Shown here: positions 19,679-29,716 of the stretch, in pieces
How positions within the stretch are numbered: the stretch's first letter is position 1
Layout of the letters: every line of letters begins with the position of its first letter
Assembly: GCF_052169795.1 (NCBI RefSeq)
Contig: NZ_JBQNBU010000001.1
Location: 6,477-70,476 of the forward strand
DNA from: Catonella sp.
GTDB lineage: Bacteria; Bacillota; Clostridia; Lachnospirales; Lachnospiraceae
Direction of reading: 5' to 3'
Length of the DNA: 64,000 nt
Position numbers and translations under genes: made by a program
Notes under the pieces: model-generated
Seen by the model: the letters and a program-made list of their open reading frames with translations, nothing else
The model's database searches: none
Told to the model about the DNA's origin: nothing

Positions 19679-21622
19679 TTGGAAATAAAGGTTGCTAAAA
19701 ATGCAGGATTTTGTTTTGGAGTAAGGCGGGCTGTAGAGCTTGCAAATACACTTTCGTCCGAAGGAAAGCCTGTATACACTTATGGTGAAATAATCCATAA
19801 TGAAACTGTGGTAAAAGAGCTTGAAGAAAAAGGAGTAAAGGTTGTAAATAACTTGGATGAACTGAAGGAACCGGATAAAGGTACATTGATAATCCGTTCA
19901 CACGGAATTCCTAAGTCAGACTATGATAAACTTTCTAAAATGGGAGTCTGCTACAAAGATGCAACCTGCCCCTTTGTAAAAAAAATACACAAGCTTGCAA
20001 GAGAGTATTCAGAAAATTTTAACAATCAGATTGTGATTGTAGGAGCAGAGGATCATCCTGAAGTCGTTGGTATAAAAGGATGGTGTTTGACAGAGCCTGT
20101 TATTATAGGAAATGTAGAAGAGGCTTTAAACTATTCGGAAAACTCTGAGAAAACCCATGTTATTTTAGCTCAAACTACATTTAATTTAAATAAATTTCAA
20201 GATATAGTTGAAATTTTTAAGAAAAAGAGATATTATAGTATTGTTTTGAATACTATCTGTAATGCTACCGCTGAAAGGCAGACAGAAACAGAGAAACTTG
20301 CAGAGAAGGCTGATGCGATGATAGTAGTTGGTGGCAGACATAGCTCCAACACTCAAAAATTATACGATATCTGTATAAAAAAATGTGTTGATACTTACTA
20401 TATACATACACCTGAGGACTTGGACCTGGGAAAACTAAAAAAATTTCGTTGCGTAGGTATTACAGCAGGGGCTTCAACCCCAAATAATATTATTGAGGAG
20501 GTTCGGACCAAGATGGCTGAAATGAGTTTTGCAGAAATGTTAGAACAGGAGGAGTCTTTAAAGAATCCGGTACACACTGGTGCAGTGGTAAAGGGACAGG
20601 TGATTGCTGTTAAGGAAGATGAAATCATTTTTAATATTGGATATAAAGCTGATGGAATTCTTACAAAGAATGAGTACTCTAATACTCCTACTGATCTTAC
20701 TACAGTTGCGAAAGTTGGAGATGAGATGGAAGTTAAGGTGCTTAAACTTAACGATGGAGATGGACAGGTGCTTCTTACATATAAGCGTCTTGCTGCTGAG
20801 AAGGGCAATAAGCGTCTTGAAGAGGCATTTAACAACAAGGAAGTGCTTAAGGCAAAGGTTACACAGGTACTTAATGGCGGCTTAAGTGTTGTAGTTGATG
20901 AGGCAAGAGTATTCATCCCTGCAAGCCTTGTATCTGATACTTATGAGAAGAATCTTGATAAGTATGCCGGTGAAGAGATTGAGTTTGTAATTAGCGAGTT
21001 CAATCCTAAGAAGAGAAGAGTAATCGGTGACAGAAAGCAGATTCTTGCAGCAAGAAAGAGTGAGCTTAAGAAGGCTCTCTTTGATAAACTTGCAGTTGGG
21101 CAGGTTGTAGATGGAAAAGTTAAGAATGTAACTGATTTTGGAGCATTTATCGATCTTGGTGGAGCAGACGGACTTCTCCATATATCTGAGATGAGCTGGG
21201 GTCATATCGAAAATCCTAAGAAGGTATTCAAGGTTGATGATATGGTTAAGAGCTTTGTTAAGGATATTCAGGGTGAGAAGATTGCTTTAAGTCTTAAGTT
21301 TGAGGATCAGAATCCTTGGGCAGGAGCTGAAGAGAAGTTTGCTGTTGGAAATATAGTTTCGGGTAAGGTTGCCCGTATGACAGATTTTGGTGCTTTCATT
21401 GAGCTTGAGCCGGGTGTTGATGCTCTGCTCCATGTATCACAGATAGCTGCTAATCATGTTGAGAAGCCAAGTGATGTGCTTAAGACAGGTGAAGAGGTAA
21501 CAGCTAAGATTGTTGATTTCAATGCTGAGACAAAGAAGATTTCACTTTCTATTAAGGCTCTTTTAGTGGGAGCAGATGAAGCTGAAGAAAAAACTTCTGA
21601 AGATGAAAATCAGGCAGAGTAA
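19679..21622 (+). CDS. ispH: Bifunctional 4-hydroxy-3-methylbut-2-enyl diphosphate reductase / 30S ribosomal protein S1 fusion
   Basis: AGFCFGV, DATCPFV, ICNAT, SSNT, ITAGASTP, followed in frame by S1 repeats (DFGAFIDLGGADGLLHISE). TTG start at 19679 follows AAAGGA. Confidence 0.93.
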   Translation: MEIKVAKNAGFCFGVRRAVELANTLSSEGKPVYTYGEIIHNETVVKELEEKGVKVVNNLDELKEPDKGTLIIRSHGIPKSDYDKLSKMGVCYKDATCPFVKKIHKLAREYSENFNNQIVIVGAEDHPEVVGIKGWCLTEPVIIGNVEEALNYSENSEKTHVILAQTTFNLNKFQDIVEIFKKKRYYSIVLNTICNATAERQTETEKLAEKADAMIVVGGRHSSNTQKLYDICIKKCVDTYYIHTPEDLDLGKLKKFRCVGITAGASTPNNIIEEVRTKMAEMSFAEMLEQEESLKNPVHTGAVVKGQVIAVKEDEIIFNIGYKADGILTKNEYSNTPTDLTTVAKVGDEMEVKVLKLNDGDGQVLLTYKRLAAEKGNKRLEEAFNNKEVLKAKVTQVLNGGLSVVVDEARVFIPASLVSDTYEKNLDKYAGEEIEFVISEFNPKKRRVIGDRKQILAARKSELKKALFDKLAVGQVVDGKVKNVTDFGAFIDLGGADGLLHISEMSWGHIENPKKVFKVDDMVKSFVKDIQGEKIALSLKFEDQNPWAGAEEKFAVGNIVSGKVARMTDFGAFIELEPGVDALLHVSQIAANHVEKPSDVLKTGEEVTAKIVDFNAETKKISLSIKALLVGADEAEEKTSEDENQAE

Positions 21623-21636
21623 TAGATTAAGCATGC

Positions 21637-21674
21637 TCAGCTTGTGCAGTTAGTTCTGTATGAGCTGAGTTTTT
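21637..21674 (+). terminator. Intrinsic terminator after ispH-rpsA
   Basis: CTCAGCTTGTGCAG-ttagtt-CTGTATGAGCTGAG followed by a T run. Confidence 0.75.
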
Positions 21675-21765
21675 AATTTGTTATAATACAAGTGTTATAG
21701 TATAAAGAGAAATAAATCCAAATTATTTTAGACATAGTTTGGGATAAATTAATCGGAGGGGAAGT

Positions 21766-22542
21766 ATGAATGATTACGAAAGTTTTAAGAAACAGATCTA
21801 TACCTTGTCTTCAATTGATTTAGATGCATATAAAGAAAAGCAGATGAAGAGGAGGATAGATTCTCTTATTTCCAAAAACGGATTTAAGAGTTATGATGAT
21901 TATGTAAGAGGGTTAAAAACTGATAAGGAACTTTATGCAGCTTTTATAAATTATCTTACAATAAATGTATCTGAATTTTGGCGTAATCCTGAGCAGTGGG
22001 CAATCCTTGAAAAAGATATAATTCCATATCTTATGAAGAAGCATGGAAGAAATATAAAAATATGGAGTGCTGCATGTTCAACAGGAGATGAGCCTTATTC
22101 TCTTGTTATGCTGCTTTCAAAATTTTTACCGCTTAATCAGATAAGAATAATAGCAACTGATATAGATGATCAGGTGCTTGAAAAAGCAAAAATGGGAGTT
22201 TATAGCTATAATAGTGTAAAAGGTCTTCCTAAAGAATTTTTAGAGAAGCATTTTACTAAACTTACAGCAACATCATATAAGATTAATGATGATATAAAGG
22301 CCAGAGTGGAGTTTAAAAAGCATAACCTACTCAAAGATCCATATCCTGCCGGATGTTCTATGATAGTATGCAGAAATGTAGTTATATATTTTACTGATGA
22401 AGCAAAGAATGAAGTGTTTAAAAAGTTCCATTCTGTACTAAAGCCGGAAGGTGTGCTTTTTGTAGGAAGTACTGAGCAGATTATTCAGTCTACAAGTATT
22501 GGTTTTAAACCACAGTACTCGTTTTTCTATATTAAGCAGTAA
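21766..22542 (+). CDS. cheR: Protein-glutamate O-methyltransferase CheR
   Basis: LTINVSEFWRN, IWSAACSTGDEPYS, ATDID, CRNVVIYF. Confidence 0.93.
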   Translation: MNDYESFKKQIYTLSSIDLDAYKEKQMKRRIDSLISKNGFKSYDDYVRGLKTDKELYAAFINYLTINVSEFWRNPEQWAILEKDIIPYLMKKHGRNIKIWSAACSTGDEPYSLVMLLSKFLPLNQIRIIATDIDDQVLEKAKMGVYSYNSVKGLPKEFLEKHFTKLTATSYKINDDIKARVEFKKHNLLKDPYPAGCSMIVCRNVVIYFTDEAKNEVFKKFHSVLKPEGVLFVGSTEQIIQSTSIGFKPQYSFFYIKQ

Positions 22543-22610
22543 ATGATGTAGGAGTTAAAAGTATTTGATTCTTGTATCAGTAAATAAAAAAATAGGTGAT
22601 GAAAGATAAA

Positions 22611-23621
22611 ATGATAAAAGTTGCATTAGATGTAATGGGTGGGGATAATGCTCCGTATGAAATAATTAAGGGAGCAGTTCTTGCAGTGAGTGAAAATAAA
22701 GAACTTAAGGTTTTTTTGACAGGTCAGACGGAACTAATTGAGGAGAATTTAGATAAATTAAAATCAGAGGGAATTGCTGCAGATAGGAAGCTTCTTGAAA
22801 TAGTAGAAGCACCGGAAATTATAACAAATGATGAAGCACCGGTAATGGCAATAAGAAAGAAAAAAAATTCTTCAATATCAGTTGCAATGAGGCTTGTGAA
22901 GGAAGGGGAGGCTGATGCTTTTGTATCGGCAGGCTCTACCGGAGCTGTACTTGTAGGAGGTCAGCTGGTTGTAGGAAGATTAAAAGGAATAGAGCGTTCT
23001 CCACTGGCTTCGCTTTTACCTACACAGAAAGGAGTATCGCTGCTTATTGATTGTGGAGCAAATGTAGATTCGAGGTCTGCACATCTTGTCCAATATGCAA
23101 TTATGGGATCTATTTACATGGAGAATGTAATGGGAATTAAGAATCCTAAGGTGGCGATAGTAAATGTTGGGGTAGAGGAAGAAAAGGGTAATGCTCTTGT
23201 AAAAGAAACCTATCCTTTATTGAAGTCCTGTACCGATATTAATTTTACGGGCAGTATTGAAACCAGGCAGATACCTTATGGAGATGCTGATGTAATAGTG
23301 TGTGATGCTTTTGTGGGGAATGCTATTCTAAAGCTTTATGAAGGAGTTGCAGGGGTACTTTTAGAAGAAATTAAAAAGGGACTTTTAAGTACTCTTCTTA
23401 GTAAGATTGGTGCTATGCTTTCAAAAAAAGCACTTAAAAATACATTGTCAAAATTTGATGCTACAAAACATGGTGGAGCACCAATGCTTGGACTTAACGG
23501 ACTGGTAGTAAAGACACATGGAAATGCTAAACATAACGAAATAAAAAATGCACTTATTCAATGTATTAGTTTTAAGAATCAGGGCATTAATGATAAAATT
23601 AAAGAATATTTGTCAGAATAA
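22611..23621 (+). CDS. plsX: Phosphate acyltransferase PlsX (start could be 22596 or 22599)
   Basis: VALDVMGGDNAP, SAGSTGA, DCGANVD, GGAPMLGLNGLVVKTHG. Confidence 0.95.
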   Translation: MIKVALDVMGGDNAPYEIIKGAVLAVSENKELKVFLTGQTELIEENLDKLKSEGIAADRKLLEIVEAPEIITNDEAPVMAIRKKKNSSISVAMRLVKEGEADAFVSAGSTGAVLVGGQLVVGRLKGIERSPLASLLPTQKGVSLLIDCGANVDSRSAHLVQYAIMGSIYMENVMGIKNPKVAIVNVGVEEEKGNALVKETYPLLKSCTDINFTGSIETRQIPYGDADVIVCDAFVGNAILKLYEGVAGVLLEEIKKGLLSTLLSKIGAMLSKKALKNTLSKFDATKHGGAPMLGLNGLVVKTHGNAKHNEIKNALIQCISFKNQGINDKIKEYLSE

Positions 23622-23640
23622 ACTGGCGTAAGGAGGAAGT

Positions 23641-23874
23641 ATGGAATTTGAAAGAATTAAGGAAATTGTATCAGGAGTGCTTCATGTAGATGAAAACAGT
23701 ATTACCCCTGATACAAAGTTTGTTGATGATTTGGGGGCAGATTCATTAGACCTTACATCAATTGTTATGGAAATTGAAGAGCAGTTTGGAATTGAAATTC
23801 CGGACGATGCAATTGCATCAATCGTTACTGTGGGCGATGCTGTGGAAAAACTTGAAGAAGCAAGCGAGCAGTAG
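23641..23874 (+). CDS. acpP: Acyl carrier protein
   Basis: DLGADSLD phosphopantetheine site; acidic, 77 aa. Confidence 0.96.
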   Translation: MEFERIKEIVSGVLHVDENSITPDTKFVDDLGADSLDLTSIVMEIEEQFGIEIPDDAIASIVTVGDAVEKLEEASEQ

Positions 23875-23921
23875 TATAAGTCAAATCAAGTAGGTGTTAA
23901 ATACTGTAGCAGAATGTCTTT

Positions 23922-24050
23922 GATAGTTAGCTATAATTTGTCTGTATAGGAAGTAAACTTTCGTATAGGTAAATTCAGCTAACTATTTTGATAATCTGCT
24001 ATGTTTGCCTATATTAGAGCCGGCTCTTATATAGGTAGGCAGAGCAGATT
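23922..24050. repeat. Two tandem diverged copies of the three-tiered hairpin element, in the rnc leader
   Basis: 23922-23986 and 23993-24050 share the TTGCCTATAT/ATATAGGCAA-type core stem and architecture with the copies at 32135 and 61725. Confidence 0.75.
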
Positions 24051-24108
24051 ACTTTGCATATATTATACATAAGCTAATAATTAAAGACATTTTACTTATG
24101 AAAGGGGA

Positions 24109-24840
24109 ATGAGCTTGAATTTATTTATTAGGCCTGAAAAGGCAGAGGAAATAGAAAAGATTATAGGCTATTCATTTAAAGATAGGAAGCTTCTTGTTAA
24201 TGCGTTTTCACATAGTTCTTTTGTGAATGAAAAGCATCTTACAAAGTCTGACTGTAATGAGAGAATGGAATTTTTGGGTGATGCTGTTTTAGAGCTTATC
24301 ACAAGTGAATATTTGTTTAGAAGGTATAAAGAAATGCAGGAGGGTGAGCTTACAAAACTTCGTGCAGGTCTTGTCTGTGAGGCATCCCTTTCCTATTCAG
24401 CAAGGGAAATAAAACTTTATGAATATTTGCTTTTAGGACATGGTGAAGCAATGACAGGTGGAAGAAACAGGGACTCCATACTTTCAGATGCAATGGAAGC
24501 TCTAATAGGAGCTATTTATCTTGACGGTGGTCTTACTAATGCAAAAGAGTTTATTGAAAAACATATATTAAATGATATTGAAAATAAAAAACTCTTTTTT
24601 GATAGTAAAACTATCTTTCAGGAAATGGTACAGAGTGAAAATATTGGAGTTATCAGTTATAAACTTATTGATGAATATGGACCTGATCATGACAAGAAAT
24701 TTAGGGAAGCAGTATATATTGGAGATAAAGAGTATGGAATTGGTGAAGGGCATACAAAGAAAGCTGCAGAGCAGGTGGCAGCTTATAACGGTATTTTAAA
24801 ATTAAGGGCTGAAAGAGGCGAGGGAGGCTTATGTATTTAA
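24109..24840 (+). CDS. rnc: Ribonuclease III
   Basis: NERMEFLGDAVL signature, DAMEALIGAIYLD, C-terminal dsRBD. Confidence 0.97.
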   Translation: MSLNLFIRPEKAEEIEKIIGYSFKDRKLLVNAFSHSSFVNEKHLTKSDCNERMEFLGDAVLELITSEYLFRRYKEMQEGELTKLRAGLVCEASLSYSAREIKLYEYLLLGHGEAMTGGRNRDSILSDAMEALIGAIYLDGGLTNAKEFIEKHILNDIENKKLFFDSKTIFQEMVQSENIGVISYKLIDEYGPDHDKKFREAVYIGDKEYGIGEGHTKKAAEQVAAYNGILKLRAERGEGGLCI

Positions 24841-27800
24841 AAAGTGTAGAAATACAGGGTTTTAAATCCTTTGCCAATAAGATAGTGTTTTCTTTCAAAA
24901 ATGGAATTACCGGAATAGTAGGGCCTAATGGCAGTGGAAAGAGCAATGTTGCAGATGCTGTAAGGTGGGTTTTAGGTGAACAGAGTGCAAAACAGCTTAG
25001 GGGCTCTAAGATGGAAGATGTTATATTTTCCGGTACTGAAATTCGAAAGGCTCAGAGTTTTGCCTTCGTTGCAATTACAATAGATAATTCTGATAAGGTA
25101 CTGCCTATTGATTATGAAGAGGTGACAGTTGCAAGAAGAGTGTATCGTTCGGGTGAAAGTGAATATCTGATAAATGGTCATAGCTGTAGACTAAAAGATA
25201 TAAGTGAACTTTTTCTGGATACAGGTATAGGCAAGGAAGGTTATTCTATTATAGGTCAGGGACAGATTGAAAAGATTATAAGCGGTCGCCCTGAAGATAG
25301 GCGTGAACTTTTTGATGAGGCGGTGGGAATAACTAAGTTTAAGAAAAGAAAGGCTGAGTCTATAAAAAACCTTGAAGAGGAGAGTACCAATTTAGCTCGT
25401 GTAAAAGATATAATGTCCGAACTTGAGAGACAGATTGGACCTCTTGAAAAACAGGCAGAAACAGCTAAGTTATATCTTGGATATAGGGATGAACTGAGAA
25501 AATATGAAATAATCAATTTTATAAATGAATATGATAACATAGCGGAATCAAAGACAAAGGCAGAATCAGATAAGATTTTGGCAGAAGAAAATCTTAAAGA
25601 TGCTGAAGCTTCATATAATGAGATTAAAGAAGAATATGAACAGCTGGAACAGTCCTTAAATAAAAAAACAGCACTGATAGATGAAGCAGCAAGGAGCATT
25701 TCAGAGAAACAGGTTGAAAACGAAAAGGCTGAGGGTGAGCTTAAACTCATAAGAGAACAGATTAATTCAATAAATAAAAACTTAGAAGATAACTCAGCAA
25801 GAATAAAGTATGCCGTAAGTAAACTTGACGAAACTATAAAAGAGGAAGAAGATATAAGACTTAAAATACAGGAACTGAATATAAGGGAAGAAAAACTTTT
25901 ATCTGAAGATGCTGCATTAAAATCAGGACTGAATGAAAAGTTATCGCTTAAGGCTGAGATAGAAAAGAAAAGAAATATAAAACTTAATGAAAAGGCAGGA
26001 AGAGATAAGGAAAAAGCTGAGGCTTCAGGAAGAATAGAACTTTATAAGTCAAATTTGGAACAGCATAAGATAAGACGGCTTGAAATTAATCAGAAAATTC
26101 TTAGAAATAAGGAAATCAGTGACAGTCTTAATGCACTGCATAGTGAAGCAACAGGAAAAATTAAGGAACTGACAGAACACTTTACCAAGTTAGAAGCTGC
26201 ATATAATGATGCACAAGAATCAATAGAGCATCTGACGAAGGAAAGATTGGTTAAGGAAAAAGAGGCTTTAGATAAGCAGAAAGAAATACTGTCAGGTAAG
26301 GCTTTATTAGGTTCACTTATGAATATGGCTGAAAAGTATGATGGATATGGCAATGCAGTGAAGCGGGTAATGGAGCATAAAAAAGAAGAGAATGGTATTA
26401 TCGGTGTAGTCGCTGATATTGTAAAGGTTAAGCCTGAATATGAGACAGCTGTAGAAACAGCTATGGGCGGAGCTATACAAAATATAGTTACGGATAAAGA
26501 GATTACGGCAAAGCATACAATAATATGGCTTAAAGAAAATAAGTTCGGAAGAGCCACATTTCTTCCGTTAGATGCAATGACCTTGCACAATCCCGGTAAT
26601 TTTGGAGGTGCATTAAACGAGGAGGGAATAGTAGGAGTTGCCTCTTCACTTGTTGAGTTTGAGCCAAGATATGCAGGACTTGTAAGCCACATTTTAGGGC
26701 GTACTCTTGTGGCAGACAATATGGATTCTGCGGTTAAAATAGCAAGAAAGTATAGATATTCATTAAGAATAGTTACTTTGGATGGAGAACAACTAAATCC
26801 GGGCGGAGCTATTTCAGGAGGAGCATTTAGAAATACAAGCAATCTTTTAGGAAGAGCAAGGGAAATTGATGAAAAAAAGGAGAGTTTGTTAGAGCTTGAA
26901 AAAGAATATAGTGAACTGAAAAAGGCGGTAGAAGATATTAGGGCAGCTGTAAATGAGGCAAAACACACTTCTTCTATTTATAAAGATAATATCTCAGAAA
27001 TAAGAGTAAGCTTAAAGACTGAGCAGAATAATATTAAACAATTAGAAGGAAGAATTGCAGAGACAAAACAGAATCTGGATGAAATAAGGCTTGATGGGAC
27101 AAACCTTGACAAGGAAAGAAATATCGCAGAAAAGGAAATAGAAAGGCTTGATAAGGTAATAAATGCAGATGGAGATGTTCAGGCAGAAGATTCTGAGTTG
27201 GATAGCCTTTTTAAAAGCCTTGAGGATACTGTAAATGAGATAAACGGTATAAATGAAGAGATAAATCAGGTAAAAATATCCGAAAGTACCATTGCTGCTG
27301 AGAAAAGTTTTGTGAATGAAAGTTTAGAAAGGGTGAATAAAGAGAGAATTTTAGCAGATTCAGAGATTAAAGAGCTGAAAAAGCTGGCTTTAGAATTAGA
27401 ATGTGATCTTAAGGAAAAGTCTGAGGGAATAGAGGTAATATTAAAAGACATAGATGGCTTTAAGAAGGAAATAGAGGAATTTGAAAATAATAGAAAGATT
27501 ATGATTGCAGAAAGGGAAGAAATTTCTACAAGCTATAAATCATTTTTTGAAAAGCGTGAAGAAACAACTGAATTAAGGTCAAAACTTGATAAGGAAATAT
27601 ATAGGCTTGAAAATATTATAGAAAAGGCTGATACAAGCCTTGAAACTATGGTGGATTATATATTTTCAGAATACGGAATAACATATTCAGAAGCTGTTAA
27701 AAATATACCTGACTTGGATGTAGTGTATACAAGTTTTGCATTGAAAAAGTTAATTAATACTCAGAAAAATCTGATAAAAGAATTAGGAAATGTAAATGTA

Positions 27801-28391
27801 GGAGCAATAGAAGAGTATAAGGAAGTAGGAGCAAGATATGAGCTTCTAAAGACTCAGGCAGAGGATATAGTGAAGGCAGAGGATGCCTTAAGAACCATAA
27901 TAGATGAGCTTGACAGGAGGATGAGAGAGCAGTTTGATGAGAGGTTTAAGGATATAAATGAGCAGTTTGACTTAGCCTTCATAGAGCTTTTTGGTGGTGG
28001 AAAGGGAAGACTTGAGCTTACCGATGGAGAAGATATTCTTGAGGCAGGTATAAAGATAATTGCACAGCCACCGGGCAAGAAGCTGCAAAACATGATGCAG
28101 CTTTCAGGTGGAGAAAAGTCTCTTACAGCTATTGCTCTGCTTTTTGCAATACAAAATCTTAAGCCTTCGCCTTTCTGTCTGTTAGATGAGATAGAGGCGG
28201 CACTTGATGATTCTAATGTAACCAGATTTGCGGAGTATTTGCACAAACTTACCAAGAATACTCAGTTCATAGTTATTACCCATAGAAGGGGAACTATGAA
28301 TGCAGCAGATGTACTTTATGGTATAACCATGCAGGAAAAGGGTGTATCTACAATGGTTTCAGTAAACCTTATAGATGCGGATATTAAGTAG
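24831..28391 (+). CDS. smc: Chromosome segregation protein SMC
   Basis: GFKSF, GPNGSGKSN, hinge GRATFLPL, LSGGEKSL, LDEIEAALD; long coiled coils. Confidence 0.97.
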   Translation: MYLKSVEIQGFKSFANKIVFSFKNGITGIVGPNGSGKSNVADAVRWVLGEQSAKQLRGSKMEDVIFSGTEIRKAQSFAFVAITIDNSDKVLPIDYEEVTVARRVYRSGESEYLINGHSCRLKDISELFLDTGIGKEGYSIIGQGQIEKIISGRPEDRRELFDEAVGITKFKKRKAESIKNLEEESTNLARVKDIMSELERQIGPLEKQAETAKLYLGYRDELRKYEIINFINEYDNIAESKTKAESDKILAEENLKDAEASYNEIKEEYEQLEQSLNKKTALIDEAARSISEKQVENEKAEGELKLIREQINSINKNLEDNSARIKYAVSKLDETIKEEEDIRLKIQELNIREEKLLSEDAALKSGLNEKLSLKAEIEKKRNIKLNEKAGRDKEKAEASGRIELYKSNLEQHKIRRLEINQKILRNKEISDSLNALHSEATGKIKELTEHFTKLEAAYNDAQESIEHLTKERLVKEKEALDKQKEILSGKALLGSLMNMAEKYDGYGNAVKRVMEHKKEENGIIGVVADIVKVKPEYETAVETAMGGAIQNIVTDKEITAKHTIIWLKENKFGRATFLPLDAMTLHNPGNFGGALNEEGIVGVASSLVEFEPRYAGLVSHILGRTLVADNMDSAVKIARKYRYSLRIVTLDGEQLNPGGAISGGAFRNTSNLLGRAREIDEKKESLLELEKEYSELKKAVEDIRAAVNEAKHTSSIYKDNISEIRVSLKTEQNNIKQLEGRIAETKQNLDEIRLDGTNLDKERNIAEKEIERLDKVINADGDVQAEDSELDSLFKSLEDTVNEINGINEEINQVKISESTIAAEKSFVNESLERVNKERILADSEIKELKKLALELECDLKEKSEGIEVILKDIDGFKKEIEEFENNRKIMIAEREEISTSYKSFFEKREETTELRSKLDKEIYRLENIIEKADTSLETMVDYIFSEYGITYSEAVKNIPDLDVVYTSFALKKLINTQKNLIKELGNVNVGAIEEYKEVGARYELLKTQAEDIVKAEDALRTIIDELDRRMREQFDERFKDINEQFDLAFIELFGGGKGRLELTDGEDILEAGIKIIAQPPGKKLQNMMQLSGGEKSLTAIALLFAIQNLKPSPFCLLDEIEAALDDSNVTRFAEYLHKLTKNTQFIVITHRRGTMNAADVLYGITMQEKGVSTMVSVNLIDADIK

Positions 28392-28404
28392 GAGGGGATA
28401 AATA

Positions 28405-29319
28405 ATGGGATTTTTCAGTAAACTTGCAGAAGGACTTGCAAAGACCAGAAATAATATAATGAACAGTGTTTCAAATATTTTCACAGGTCATGATATTATA
28501 GATGATGATTTTTATGAAGAGCTTGAAGAGACACTCATAATGGCGGATCTTGGTATAAGTACAACTACTTCGGTTATAGAAAATCTTAAGTCTAAGGTAA
28601 AAGAACTAAAGATAAAAGATCCGGCTGACTGTAAGAAGCATCTTATGGACAGTCTTAAGGAGCAGATGCAGGTAAAGCCTGATGCTTATGATTTTGAAAA
28701 TAAAAAATCTGTAGTGCTTATGATAGGTGTAAATGGAGTGGGTAAGACTACATCTGTAGGAAAGCTTGCCAGTCAGCTTAAGAGTTCGGGTAAAAAAGTA
28801 CTTATAGCAGCGGCAGATACATTCAGAGCAGGCGCAATAGAGCAGCTTACAGAATGGGCAAAGCGTTCAGATGTGGAACTTATTGCACAGAAAGAAGGCA
28901 GTGATCCGGCTGCGGTTGTCTTTGATGCAGTAAATGCTGCAAAAGCCCGCAATGTGGATGTACTTATCTGTGATACTGCAGGAAGGCTTCACAATAAAAA
29001 GAATCTTATGGACGAGTTAAATAAGATATATAGGATAATCGGCAAAGAATATCCGGAGGCAGCCATAGAAACCCTTGTAGTTGTAGATGGAACTACAGGT
29101 CAGAATGCTAAAGAACAGGCAAGACAGTTTTCAGAAGCAGCTCCGGTAAACGGTATAGTTTTAACCAAACTTGACGGAACAGCTAAAGGTGGTATAGCTA
29201 TAGCAATAGAGTCAGAGCTCAGCATTCCTGTAAAGTATATAGGAATAGGTGAAAAGATAGATGATTTACAGAAATTTAATGCAGACCGGTTTGTGGAAGC
29301 ACTTTTTGAGGTGGAATAG
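28405..29319 (+). CDS. ftsY: Signal recognition particle receptor FtsY
   Basis: GVNGVGKTT, DTFRAGA, DTAGRLH, TKLDGTAKGG. Confidence 0.97.
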   Translation: MGFFSKLAEGLAKTRNNIMNSVSNIFTGHDIIDDDFYEELEETLIMADLGISTTTSVIENLKSKVKELKIKDPADCKKHLMDSLKEQMQVKPDAYDFENKKSVVLMIGVNGVGKTTSVGKLASQLKSSGKKVLIAAADTFRAGAIEQLTEWAKRSDVELIAQKEGSDPAAVVFDAVNAAKARNVDVLICDTAGRLHNKKNLMDELNKIYRIIGKEYPEAAIETLVVVDGTTGQNAKEQARQFSEAAPVNGIVLTKLDGTAKGGIAIAIESELSIPVKYIGIGEKIDDLQKFNADRFVEALFEVE

Positions 29320-29478
29320 TATAACTACAGATTATAGGCGGTATAATGAGAAACTGCATTGATAAAGATAAAAATATACTGGTAAAAAGTAATTTAAAGT
29401 GATACAATATTTTAAGTCAGCTTAGAGCAGTGGGGATAGCCCGATTGTTGCCTTTCCGGAAACGGAGAGGAGGTCGAT

Positions 29479-29562
29479 ATGAATACTTTAGAAGTTTTAA
29501 CGCTTTTATTGGTTGTATTTACAGCCTTAACATATATCGATAATCGAAAGAATCGAAAATAA
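29479..29562 (+). CDS. 27-aa hydrophobic peptide, putative type I toxin (holin-like)
   Basis: MNTLEVLTLLLVVFTALTYIDNRKNRK: one TM helix plus a basic tail. GGAGAGGAGG RBS is partly buried in the CCTTTCCG-GAAA-CGGAGAGG hairpin. Below the ORF-track size cutoff. Confidence 0.75.
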   Translation: MNTLEVLTLLLVVFTALTYIDNRKNRK

Positions 29563-29670
29563 CAGACAGGCTATCCACTATGCAACTAGGGGATAGCCTG
29601 TAATCTGTTTTTGACAATTATAAGTTTCCGCTTGGTAACTGTTGGATCAACCCATATCCTTCAGTCATCT
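29555..29670 (-). ncRNA. Putative type I antitoxin antisense RNA
   Basis: Minus-strand TTGCAA-17-TATAAT promoter (29705-29677). Ends at the ACAGGCTATCC/GGATAGCCTGT hairpin near the toxin stop codon; convergent with the toxin 3' UTR. Confidence 0.6.
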
Positions 29671-29716
29671 AAGCTGATTATAAACTAATCTTGCAATTTT
29701 TGCAAGTAGGTTTGGG

